From contig NEEC01000152.1 of NCBI GenBank assembly GCA_002189035.1, positions 1-35,480 of the forward strand: a DNA stretch of 35,480 nt, written 5' to 3'. The position numbers were made by a program, and so were the translations under genes. A model generated the notes under the pieces. It was not told the DNA's origin. It was given only the letters and a program-made list of their open reading frames with translations, and searched no databases. The stretch is from Utricularia gibba (taxonomy: Eukaryota > Plantae > Magnoliophyta). How positions within the stretch are numbered: the stretch's first letter is position 1; every line of letters begins with the position of its first letter. Positions 1 to 13,324 of the stretch are shown here, piece after piece.

Positions 1-3000
1 TTGAAAAACCATGTAGGCAACACGAAAACCGAACGTTAATAAATACATCACTTTCTTTGCCGGGCTACAACTTACTTTGGGCCAAGGCCTAAGCTGATCT
101 TTTTTCCGGTTCCAAGTGCCCCCAAGACCGCCTCCTCATGTATAAAGTATGTTGTTAAAAAAATCATGTGGGGTGCACGTGACATCGTAATTTAAACAAA
201 TGCATCATTTTTTTTAATCGATTTGCATCCAGTTGACCTCATGAGCCATACAGAATCGGGGTCAAGGACCAAGTTCCAGCGAGACTGGCCGCCACAAAAC
301 GAGAAGCGGTTCCTTGAAAAACCATGTAGGCCCCGAAAACCGAACGATAATAAATACATCACTTTATTTGCCGGACTACAACTAACTCTCGGTGCAAGCC
401 AAACTTACCTTTGTCCCGTTCCAGGTGCACCAAAGACCGCCTGCTCAAGTATAAAGTAAGTTGTTGAAAAATCATGTGGGGTGCACGTGATATCGCAATT
501 TAAACAAATGCAACATTGTATTCATCGATTTGCATCCTTTTGTCCTCATGAGCCATAAAGAATCGCGGGCCCGGACCAAGTTCCTAGCGAGACTGGCCGC
601 ACAAAAACGAGAAGCTGTTCTTTGAAAAACCATGTAGGCAACACCGAAAACCGAACGTTAATAAATACATCACTTTCTTTGCCGGGCTACAACTTACTTT
701 GGGCCAAGGCCTAAGCTGATCTTTTTTCCGGTTCCAAGTGCACCAAAAGACCGCCTTCTCAAGTATAAAGTAAGTTGTTGAAAAAATCATGTGGGGTGCA
801 CGTGACATCATAATTTAAACAAATGGATCATTTTTTTTAATCGATTTGCATCCAGTTGACCTCATGAGCCATACAGAATCGGGGTCAAGGACCAAGTTCC
901 CAGCGAGACTGGCCGCCACAAAACGAGAAGCGGTTCCTTGAAAAACCATGTAGGCAGCCCCGAAAACCGAACGATAATAAATACATCACTTTATTTGCCG
1001 GACTACAACTAACTTCGGTGCAAGCCAAACCTTACCTTTGTCCGTTCCAGGTGCACCCAAAGACCGCCTGCTCAAGTATAAAGTAAGTTGTTGAAAAAAT
1101 CATGTGGGGTGCACGTGATATCGCAATTTAAACAAATGCAACATTGTATTCATCGATTTGCATCCTTTTGTCCTCATGAGCCATAAAGAATCGCGGGCCC
1201 GGACCAAGTTCCTAGCGAGACTGGCCGCCACAAAACGAGAAGCTGTTCCTTGAAAAACCATGTAGGCAACACCGAAAACCGAACGTTAATAAATACATCA
1301 CTTTCTTTGCCGGGCTACAACTTACTTTGGGCCAAGGCTAAGCTGACTTTTTCCGGTTCCAAGTGCACCAAAGACCGCTTCAAGTATAAAGTATTTTTAA
1401 AAATCATGTGGGGTGCACGTGACATCCGGTTCCCTTGACCTCATGTGAATCCCCAAGTTCCCAGCGAGACTGGCCGCCAAAAACGAGAAGCGCCTCTGTA
1501 GGCGATGCCTATAAAGTAGTGATCTTTTTCCGTTCCAAGAAACCGCCTCCTCATGTAAAAGTCATGTGGGTGCACGTGACATCGTAATTTAAACAAATGC
1601 ATCATTTTTTTTAATCGATTTGCATCCAGTTGACCTCATGAGCCATACAGAATCGGGGTCAAGGACCAAGTTCCCAGCGAGACTGGCCGCCACAAACGAG
1701 AAGCGGTTCCTTGAAAAACCATGTAGGCAGCCCCGAAAACCGAACGATAATAAATACATCACTTTATTTGCCGGACTACAACTAACTCTCGGTGCAAGCC
1801 AAACTTACTTTGTCCGTTCCAGGTGCACCCAAAGACCGCCTGCTCAAGTATAAAGTAAGTTGTTGAAAAAATCATGTGGGGTGCACGTGATATCGCAATT
1901 TAAACAAATGCAACATTGTATTCATCGATTTGCATCCTTTGTCCTCATGAGCCATAAAGAATCGCGGGCCCGGACCAAGTTCCTAGCGAGACTGGCCGCC
2001 ACAAAACGAGAAGCTGTTCCTTGAAAAACCATGTAGGCAACACCGAAAACCGAACGTTAATAAATACATCACTTTCTTTGCCGGGCTACAACTTACTTTG
2101 GGCCAAGGCCTAAGCTGATCTTTTTCCGGTTCCAAGTGCACCCAAAGACCGCCTTCTCAAGTATAAAGTAAGTTGTTGAAAAAAATCATGTGGGGTGCAC
2201 GTGACATCATAATTTAAACAAATGGATCATTTTTTTTAATCGATTTGCATCCAGTTGACCTCATGAGCCATACAGAATCGGGGTCAAGGACCAAGTTCCC
2301 AGCGAGACTGGCCGCCACAAAACGAGAAGGTTCCTTGAAAAACCATGTAGGCAGCCCCCGAAAACCGAACGATAATAAATACATCACTTTATTTGCCGGA
2401 CTACAACTAACTCTCGGCAAGCCAAACTTACTTTGTCCGGTTCCAGGTGCACCCAAAGACCGCCTGCTCAAGTATAAAGTAAGTTGTTGAAAAAATCATG
2501 TGGGTGCACGTGATATCGCAATTTAAACAAATGCAACATTGTATTCATCGATTTGCATCCTTTTGTCCTCATGAGCCATAAAGAATCGCGGGCCGGACCA
2601 AGTTCCTAGCGAGACTGGCCGCCACAAAACGAGAAGCTGTTCCTTGAAAAACCATGTAGGCAACACCGAAAACCGAACGTTAATAAATACATCACTTTCT
2701 TTGCCGGGCTACAACTTACTTTGGGCCAAGGCCTAAGCTGATCTTTTTCCGGTTCCAAGTGCACCCAAAGACCGCCTTCTCAAGTATAAAGTAAGTTGTT
2801 GAAAAAATCATGTGGGGTGCACGTGACATCATAATTTAAACGCAATTTAAACATCATTTTTACATTTATTTCATCGATTGCACCTCCTTTTGCCATATGA
2901 GCCAAGGAATCGCGTTCCCAGCCCGAGACCAAGTTCCTGGCGCCACAAAACGAGAAGCGTTCCTTGAAAAACCATGTAGGCAGCCCCGAAACCGAACGAT

Positions 3001-5857
3001 AATAAATACATCACTTTATTTGCCGGACTACAACTACTTCGGGCAAGCCCTTACCTTTTCCGTTCCAGGTGCACCAAAGACCGCCTGCTCAAGTATAAAG
3101 TAAGTTGTTGAAAAAATCATGTGGGGTGCACGTGATATCGCAATTTAAACAAATGCAACATTGTATTCATCGATTTGCATCCTTTTGTCCTCATGAGCCA
3201 TAAAGAATCGCGGGCCCGGACCAAGTTCCTAGCGAGACTGGCCGCCACAAAACGAGAAGCTGTTCCTTGAAAAACCATGTAGGCAACACCGAAAACCGAA
3301 CGTTAATAAATACATCACTTTCTTTGCCGGGCTACAACTTACTTTGGGCCAAGGCCTAAGCTGATCTTTTTCCGGTTCCAAGTGCACCCAAAGACCGCCT
3401 TCTCAAGTATAAAGTAAGTTGTTGAAAAAATCATGTGGGGTGCGTGACATCATAATTTAAACAAATGATCATTTTTTTAATCGATTTGCATCCAGTTGAC
3501 CTCATGAGCCATACAGAATCGGGGTCAAGGACCAAGTTCCCAGCGAGACTGGCCGCCACAAAACGAGAAGCGGTTCCTTGAAAAACCATGTAGGCAGCCC
3601 CCGAAAACCGAACGATAATAAATACATCACTTTATTTGCCGGACTACAACTAACTCTCGGTGCAAGCCAAACCTTACCTTTGTCCCGTTCCAGGTGCACC
3701 CAAAGACCGCCTGCTCAAGTATAAAGTAAGTTGTTGAAAAAATCATGTGGGGTGCACGTGATATAATTTAAACAAATGCAACATTGTATTCATCGATTTG
3801 CATCCTTTTGTCCTCATGAGCCATAAAGAATCGCGGGCCCGGACCAAGTTCCTAGCGAGACTGGCCGCCACAAAACGAGAAGCTGTTCCTTGAAAAACCA
3901 TGTAGGCAACACGAAAACCGAACGTTAATAAATACACTTTCTTTGCCGGGCTACAACTTACTTTGGGCCAAGGCCTAAGCTGATCTTTTTCCGGTTCCAA
4001 GTGCACCCAAAGACCGCCTTCTCAAGTATAAAGTAAGTTGTTGAAAAAATCATGTGGGTGCACGTGACATCATAATTTAAACAAATGGATCATTTTTTTA
4101 ATCGATTTGCATCCAGTTGACCTCATGAGCCATACAGAATCGGGGTCAAGGACCAAGTTCCCAGCGAGACTGGCCCACAAAACGAGAAGCGGTTCCTTGA
4201 AAAACCATGTAGGCAGCCCCCGAAAACCGAACGATAATAATACATCACTTTATTTGCCGGCTACAACTAACTCTCGTGCAAGCCAAACCTTACCTTTGTC
4301 CCGTTCCAGTGCACCCAAAGACCGCCTGCTCAAGTATAAAGTAAGTTGTTGAAAAAATCATGTGGGGTGCACGTGATATCGCAATTTAAACAAATGCAAC
4401 ATTGTATTCATCGATTTGCATCCTTTTGTCCTCATGAGCCATAAAGAATCGCGGGCCCGGACCAAGTTCCTAGCGAGACTGGCCGCCACAAAACGAGAAG
4501 CTGTTCCTTGAAAAACCATGTAGGCAACACCGAAAACCGAACGTTAATAAATACATCACTTTCTTGCCGGGCTACAACTTACTTTGGGCCAAGGCCTAAG
4601 CTGATCTTTTTCCGTTCCAAGTGCCCCAAAGACCGCCTTCTCAAGTATAAAGTAAGTTGTTGAAAAAATCATGTGGGGTGCACGTGACATCATAATTTAA
4701 ACAAATGGATCATTTTTTTTAATCGATTTGCATCCAGTTGACCTCATGAGCCATACAGAATCGGGGTCAAGGACCAAGTTCCCAGCGAGACTGGCCGCCA
4801 CAAAACGAGAAGCGGTTCCTTGAAAAACCATGTAGGCAGCCCCCGAAAACCGAACGATAATAAATACATCACTTTATTTGCCGGACTACAACTAACTCTC
4901 GCAAGCCAAACCTTACCTTTGTCCCGTTCCAGGTGCACCCAAAGACCGCCTGCTCAAGTATAAAGTAAGTTGTTGAAAAAATCATGTGGGGTGCACGTGA
5001 TATCGCAATTTAAACAAATGCAACATTGTATTCATCGATTTGCATCCTTTTGTCCTCATGAGCCATAAAGAATCGCGGGCCCGGACCAAGTTCCTAGCGA
5101 GACTGGCCGCCACAAAACGAGAAGCTGTTCCTTGAAAAACCATGTAGGCAACACCGAAAACCGAACGTTAATAAATACATCACTTTCTTTGCCGGGCTAC
5201 AACTTACTTTGGGCCAAGGCCTAAGCTGATCTTTTTCCGGTTCCAAGTGCCCCAAGACCGCAAGTATAAAGTAAGTTGTTGAAAAAATCATGTGGGGTGC
5301 ACGTGACATCATAATTTAAACAAATGGATCATTTTTTTTAATCGATTTGCATCCAGTTGACCTCATGAGCCATACAGAATCGGGGTCAAGGACCAAGTTC
5401 CCAGCGAGACTGGCCGCCACAAAACGAGAAGCGGTTCCTTGAAAAACCATGTAGGCAGCCCCGTAATAAATACATCACTTTATTTGCCGGACTACAACTA
5501 ACTCTCGTGCAAGCCAAACCTTACCTTTGTCCCGTTCCAGGTGCACCCAAAGACCGCCTGCTCAAGTATAAAGTAAGTTGTTGAAAAAATCATGTGGGGT
5601 GCACGTGATATCGCAATTTAAACAAATGCAACATTGTATTCATCGATTTGCATCCTTTTGTCCTCATGAGCCATAAAGAATCGCGGGCCCGGACCAAGTT
5701 CCTAGCGAGACTGGCCGCCACAAAACGAGAAGCTGTTCCTTGAAAAACCATGTAGGCAACACCGAAAACCGAACGTTAATAAATACATCACTTTCTTTGC
5801 CGGGCTACAACTTACTTTGGGCCAAGGCCTAAGCTGATCTTTTTCCGGTTCCAAGTG

Positions 5858-8800
5858 CGGGGTCAACGTGACATCATAATTTAAACAAATGGATCATCCC
5901 CAGCGAGCCACTCGGCCGTTCCAGCGAGAACGAAAACGAGAAGCGGTTCCTTGAAAAACCATGTAGGCAGCCCCCGAAAACCGACGACGCCGGACTACAA
6001 CTAACTTCGGTGCAAGCCAAACTTACCTTTGTCCGTTCCAGGTGCACCCAAAGACCGCCTCTCAAGTATAAAGTAAGTTGTTGAAAAAATCATGTGGGGT
6101 GCACGTGACTTTTAACAACTAACTCTCCTTTTGGCCATATAAGCCAAACCTAGCGAGACTGGCCGCACAAAACGAGAAGCTGTTCCTTGAAAAACCATGT
6201 AGGCAACACCGAAAACCGAACGTTAATAAATACATCACTTTCTTTGCCGGGCTACAACTTACTTTGGGCCAAGGCCTAAGCTGATCTTTTTCCGGTTCCA
6301 AGTGCACCGCCTGCATGTGCACGTGACATCATAATTTAAACAAATGTCATTTTTTTTAATCGATTTGCATCCAGTTGACCTCATGAGCCATACAGAATCG
6401 GGGTCAAGGACCAAGTTCCCAGCGAGACTGGCCGCCACAAAACGAGAAGCGGTTCCTTGAAAAACCATGTAGGCAGCCCCGAAAACCGAACGATAATAAA
6501 TACATCACTTTATTTGCCGGACTACAACTAACTCTCGTGATTATTTTCCGCCAATTTATAACAACGTGATGCAACATTTGTATTCATCGATTTGCATCCT
6601 TTTGTCCTCATGAGCCATAAAGAATAAAGTAAGTGGCCGCCACAAAACGAGAAGCTGTTCCTTGAAAAATGTATCATGTACGGGCCACAAAACATAAGCT
6701 GTTGCACGTGACATCATAATTTAAACAAATGCAAAATTTGTATTCATCGAATTTGCCTCCTTTTGAATCAATACATCACTTTCCGGACTACAACTAACTC
6801 TCGGTGCAAGCCAAACCTTACCTTTGTCCGTTCCAGGTGCACCCAAAGACCGCCTGCTCAAGTATAAAGTAAGTTGTTGAAAAAATCATGTGGGGTGCAC
6901 GTGATATCGCAATTTAAACAAATGCAACATTGTATTCATCGATTTGCATCCTTTTGTCCTCATGAGCCATAAAGAATCGCTTCCTAGCGAGACTGGCCGC
7001 CACAAAACGAGAAGCTGTTCCTTGAAAAACCATGTAGGCAACACCGAAAACCGAACGTTAATAAATACATCACTTTCTTTGCCGGGCTACAACTTACTTT
7101 GGGCCAAGGCCTAAGCTGATCTTTTTCCGGTTCCAAGTGCACCCAAAGACCGCCTTCTCAAGTATAAAGTAAGTTGTTGAAAAAATCATGTGGGGTGCAC
7201 GTGACATCATAATTTAAACAAATGGATCATTTTTTTTAATCGATTTGCATCCAGTTGACCTCATGAGCCATACAGAATCGGGTTGCAGAACAAATTCCCC
7301 TGCATGCACGCCATACAAATCTTAAACAAATGCAAGTTGTATTCATCGATTTGCATCCTTTTGTCCTCATGAGCCATAAAGAATCGCGGGCCCGGACCAA
7401 GTTCCTAGCGAGACTGGCCGCCACAAAACGAGAAGCTGTTCCTTGAAAAACCATGTAGGCAACACCGAAAACCGAACGTTACATCACTTTATTAACCTTG
7501 TCAAGGCTAACAACTCGGATGCAAGCCAAGGCTTATTTGTTTACCAGGTGGTGCAAGCCAAACAACCCAAAGACCGCCTGCTCAAGTATAAAGTAAGTTG
7601 TTGAAAAAATCATGTGGGGTGCACGTGATATCGCAATTTAAACAAATGCAACATTGTATTCATCGATTTGCATCCTTTTGTCCTCATGAGCCATAAAGAA
7701 TCGCGGGCCTGCTGGCAAGTAGCGTGTTGTTGAAATGGATCAAGCTGTGCACGTGACGCAAAACATCCAGTTGACCTCATGAGCCATACAGAATCGGGTC
7801 AAGGACCAAGTTCCCAGCGAGACTGGCCGCCACAAAACGAGAAGCGGTTCCTTGAAAAACCATGTAGGCAGATACATCACTTTCTTTTTGGGCATACATC
7901 ACTTAATTTGGGCGGAGCCCTTCCTAGCGAGACTGGCCGCCACAAAACGAGAAGCTGTTCCTTGAAAAACCATGTAGGCAACACCGAAAACCGAACGTTA
8001 ATAAATACATCACTTTCTTTGCCGGGCTACAACTTACTTTGGGCCAAGGCCTAAGCTGACTTTTTCCGGTTCCAAGTGCCCCAAAGCCGCCTCCATGTAT
8101 AAAGTAAGTTGTTAAAAAAAATCATGTGGGGTGCACGTGACATCATAATTTATAACAAATGGCAACATTGTATTCATCGATTTGCATCCTTTTGTCCTCA
8201 TGAGCCATAAAGAATCGGGCCCGTTGCACCCAGTGTGAGCATGCCGGGCTACAACTTACTTTGGGCCAAGGCCTAAGCTGATCTTTTTCCGGTTCCAAGT
8301 GCGAGAAGCAACTTGAATCCCAGCGAGCCAACACCGGAAAAAAACAAAACGAGAAGCGGTTCCTTGAAAAACCATGTAGGCAGCCCCGAAAACCGAACGA
8401 TAATAAATACATCACTTTATTTGCCGGACTACAACTAACTCTCGGCAAGCCAAACCTTACCTTTGTCCGTTCCAGGTGCACCCAAAGACCGCCTGCTCAA
8501 GTATAAAGTAAGTTGTTGAAAAAATCATGTGGGGTGCACGTGATATCGCAATTTAAACAAATGCAACATTGTATTCATCGATTTGCATCCTTTTGTCCTC
8601 ATGAGCCATAAAGAATCGCGGGCCCGGACCAAGTTCCTAGCGAGACTGGCCGCCACAAAACGAGAAGCTGTTCCTTGAAAAACCATGTAGGCAACACGAA
8701 AACCGAACGTTAATAAATACATCACTTTCTTTGCCGGGCTACAACTTACTTTGGGCCAAGGCCTAAGCTGATCTTTTTCCGGTTCCAAGTGCATAAAGTA

Positions 8801-10330
8801 AGTTGTTAAAAAATCATGTGGGGTGCACGACATCATAATTTAAACAAATGCATTTTTTTTAATCGATTTGCATCCAGTTGACCTCAGCCATACAGAATCG
8901 GGGTCAAGGACCAAGTTCCCAGCGAGACTGGCCGCCACAAACGAGAAGCGGTTCCTTGAAAAACCATGTAGGCAGCCCCCGAAAACCGAACGATAATACA
9001 TGTGATTAACGTGACATGCACTTTCTTTAAACAAATGCAACATTGTATTCATCGATTTGCATCCTTTTGTCCTCATGAGCCATAAAGAATCGCGGGCCCG
9101 GACCAAGTTCCTAGCGAGACTGGCCGCCACAAAACGAGAAGCTGTTCCTTGAAAAACCATGTAGGCAACACCGAAAACCGAACGTTAATAAATACATCAC
9201 TTTCTTTGCCGGGCTACAACTTACTTTGGGCCAAGGCCTAAGCTGACCTTTTTCCGTTCCACGTGAGTGCCCCCCAAGACCGCAAGGACCAAGTTCCTCA
9301 TATATAAGTATGTTGAAAAAAAAGTCATGTGGGGTGCACGTGACATCGTAATTTAATGAGCCATAAAGAATCGCGGGCCGGACCAAGTTCCTAGCGAGAC
9401 TGGCCGCCACAAAACGAGAAGCTGTTCCTTGAAAAACCATGTAGGCAACACCGAAAACCGAACGTTAATAAATACGCCGGGCTACAACTTACTTTGGGCC
9501 AAGGCCTAAGCTGATCAAGTTGACCTCATGAGCCATACAGAATCGGGGGTCAAGGACCAAGTTCCCAGCGAGACTGGCCGCCACAAAACGAGAAGCGGTT
9601 CCTTGAAAAACCATGTAGGCAGCCCCCGAAAACCGAACGATAATAAATACATCACGTTTATTTGCCGGACTACAACTAGCGAGACTGGCTTGGTAGCAAC
9701 AAACCTTACCTTACCTTACTTTGGGCCAAGGCCTAAGCTGATCTTTTTCCGGTTCCAAGTGTGCACCCAAAGACCGCCTGCTCAAGTATAAAGTAAGTTT
9801 CCTTGAAAAACCATGTAGGCAAAAACCGAACGATAATAAATACATCACTTTATTTGCCGGACTACAACTAACTCTCGCACGTCATATGCGCATGTGGGGT
9901 GCACGTGATTAAAAACAAATGCAACATTGTATTCATCGATTTGCATCCTTTTGTCCTCATGAGCCATAAAGAATCGCGGGCCCGGACCAAGTTCCTAGCG
10001 AGACTGGCCGCCACAAAACGAGAAGCTGTTCCTTGAAAAACCATGTAGGCAACACCGAAAACCGAACGTTAATAAATACATCACTTTCTTTGCCGGGCTA
10101 CAACTTACTTTGGCCAAGGCCTAAGCTGATCTTTTTCCGGTTCCAAGTGCCCCCAAGACCTTTCCAGTATTCCAAGTAAGTTGTTAAGACCGCCAAAATT
10201 CATGTATAAAGCACGTTGTAATTTAAACATGTGGGGTGCACGTGATGATCATTTAATTTAATCGATTTGCATTTTTTGACCTCATGAGCCATACCAAGTT
10301 GGTCAAGGACATGAGCCAGTACGAGATCTG
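5858..10330 (+). other. Zone of frequent scrambled or truncated monomers interleaved with intact ones (probable low-quality sequence)
   Basis: Patches near 5858-5935, 6108-6160, 6538-6790, 7282-7330, 7490-7570, 7705-7770, 7870-7925, 8215-8350, 8997-9035, 9660-9900 and 10150-10330 consist of shuffled fragments of the satellite itself. Confidence 0.75.
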
Positions 10331-12113
10331 GGTCAAGGACCAAGTTCCCAGCGAGACTGGCCGCCACAAAACGAGAAGCGGTTCCTTGAAAAACCATGTA
10401 GGCAGCCCCCGAAAACCGAACGATAATAAATACATCACTTTATTTGCCGGACTACAACTAACTCTCGGTGCAAGCCAAACCTTACCTTTTCCCGTTCCGT
10501 TCCAGGTGCACCCAAAGACCGCCTCTCAAGTATAAAGTAGTTGTTGAAAAAATCAAAAAATCATGTGGGTGCACGTGATATCGCAATTTAAACAAATGCA
10601 ACATTGTATTCATCGATTTGCATCCTTTTGTCCTCATGAGCCATAAAGAATCGCGGGCCCGGACCAAGTTCCTAGCGAGACTGGCCGCCACAAAACGAGA
10701 AGCTGTTCCTTGAAAAACCATGTAGGCAACACCGAAAACCGAACGTTAATAAATACATCACTTTCTTTGCCGGGCTACAACTTACTTTGGCCAAGGCCTA
10801 AGCTGATCTTTTTCCGGTTCCAAGTGCCCCCCAAGACCGACCGCCTTCTCAAGTATAAAGTAAGTTGTTGAAAAAATCATGTGGGTGCACGTGACATCAA
10901 ATGCAACATTGTATTCATCGATTTGCATCCTTTTGTCCTCATGAGCCATAAAGAATCGCGGGCCCGGACCAAGTTCCTAGCGAGACTGGCCGCCACAAAA
11001 CGAGAAGCTGTTCCTTGAAAAACCATGTAGGCAACACCGAAAACCGAACGTTAATAAATACATCACTTTCTTTGCCGGGCTACAACTTACTTTGGGCCAA
11101 GGCCTAAGCTGATCTTTTTCCGGTTCCAAGTGCCCAAAGACCGCCTCTCAAGTATAAAGTAAGTTGTTGAAAAAATCATGTGGGGTGCACGTGACATCAT
11201 AATTTAAACAAATGGATCATTTTTTTAATCGATTTGCATCCAGTTGACCTCATGAGCCATACAGAATCGGGGTCAAGGACCAAGTTCCCAGCGAGACTGG
11301 CCGCCACAAAACGAGAAGCGGTTCCTTGAAAAACCATGTAGGCAGCCCCGAAAACCGAACGATAATAAATACATCACTTTATTTGCCGGACTACAACTAA
11401 CTCTCGGGCAAGCCAAACTTACCTTTGTCCCGTTCCAGGTGCACCCAAAGACCGCCTGCTCAAGTATAAAGTAAGTTGTTGAAAAAATCATGTGGGGTGC
11501 ACGTGATATCGCAATTTAAACAAATGCAACATTGTTATTCATCGATTTGCATCCTTTTGTCCTCATGAGCCATAAAGAATCGCGGGCCCGGACCAAGTTC
11601 CTAGCGAGACTGGCCGCCACAAAACGAGAAGCTGTTCCTTGAAAAACCATGTAGGCAACACCGAAAACCGAACGTTAATAAATACATCACTTTCTTTGCC
11701 GGGCTACAACTTACTTTGGGCCAAGGCCTAAGCTGATCTTTTTCCGGTTCCAAGTGCCCCAAAGACCGCCTTCTCAGTATAAAGTATGTTGTTAAAAAAA
11801 TCATGTGGGGTGCACGTGACATCGTAATTTAAACAAATGGATCATTTTTTTTAATCGATTTGCATCCAGTTGACCTCATGAGCCATACAGAATCGGGGTC
11901 AAGGACCAAGTTCCCAGCGAGACTGGCCGCCACAAACGAGAAGCGGTTCCTTGAAAAACCATGTAGGCAGCCCCCGAAAACCGAACGATAATAAATACAT
12001 CACTTTATTTGCCGGACTACAACTAACTCGGTGCAAGCCAAACCTTACCTTTGTCCCGTTCCAGGTGCACCCAAAGACCGCCTGCTCAAGTATAAAGTAA
12101 GTTGTTGAAAAAA

Positions 12114-13320
12114 TCATGTGGGGTGCACGTGATATCGCAATTTAAACAAATGCAACATTGTATTCATCGATTTGCATCCTTTTGTCCTCATGAGCCATAA
12201 AGAATCGCGGGCCCGGACCAAGTTCCTAGCGAGACTGGCCGCCACAAAACGAGAAGCTGTTCCTTGAAAAACCATGTAGGCAACACCGAAAACCGAACGT
12301 TAATAAATACATCACTTTCTTTGCCGGGCTACAACTTACTTTGGGCCAAGGCCTAAGCTGATCTTTTTCCGGTTCCAAGTGCACCCAAAGACCGCCTTCT
12401 CAAGTATAAAGTAAGTTGTTGAAAAAATCATGTGGGGTGCACGTGACATCATAATTTAAACAAATGGATCATTTTTTTTAATCGATTTGCATCCAGTTGA
12501 CCTCATGAGCCATACAGAATCGGGGTCAAGGACCAAGTTCCCAGCGAGACTGGCCGCCACAAAACGAGAAGCGGTTCCTTGAAAAACCATGTAGGCAGCC
12601 CCCGAAAACCGAACGATAATAAATACATCACTTTATTTGCCGGACTACAACTAACTCTCGTGCAAGCCAAACCTTACCTTTGTCCCGTTCCAGGTGCACC
12701 CAAAGACCGCCTGCTCAAGTATAAAGTAAGTTGTTGAAAAAATCATGTGGGGTGCACGTGATATCGCAATTTAAACAAATGCAACATTGTATTCATCGAT
12801 TTGCATCCTTTTGTCCTCATGAGCCATAAAGAATCGCGGGCCCGGACCAAGTTCCTAGCGAGACTGGCCGCCACAAAACGAGAAGCTGTTCCTTGAAAAA
12901 CCATGTAGGCAACACCGAAAACCGAACGTTAATAAATACATCACTTTCTTTGCCGGGCTACAACTTACTTTGGGCCAAGGCCTAAGCTGATCTTTTTCCG
13001 GTTCCAAGTGCACCCAAAGACCGCCTTCTCAAGTATAAAGTAAGTTGTTGAAAAAATCATGTGGGGTGCACGTGACATCATAATTTAAACAAATGGATCA
13101 TTTTTTTTAATCGATTTGCATCCAGTTGACCTCATGAGCCATACAGAATCGGGGTCAAGGACCAAGTTCCCAGCGAGACTGGCCGCCACAAAACGAGAAG
13201 CGGTTCCTTGAAAAACCATGTAGGCAGCCCCCGAAAACCGAACGATAATAAATACATCACTTTATTTGCCGGACTACAACTAACTCGGTGCAAGCCAAAC
13301 CTTACCTTTGTCCCGTTCCA
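12114..13320 (+). repeat. Second highly homogeneous block (B-A-B-A)
   Basis: Monomers match the reference A and B except for small deletions at the CTCTCGGTGC site of A. Confidence 0.85.
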
Positions 13321-13324
13321 GGTG

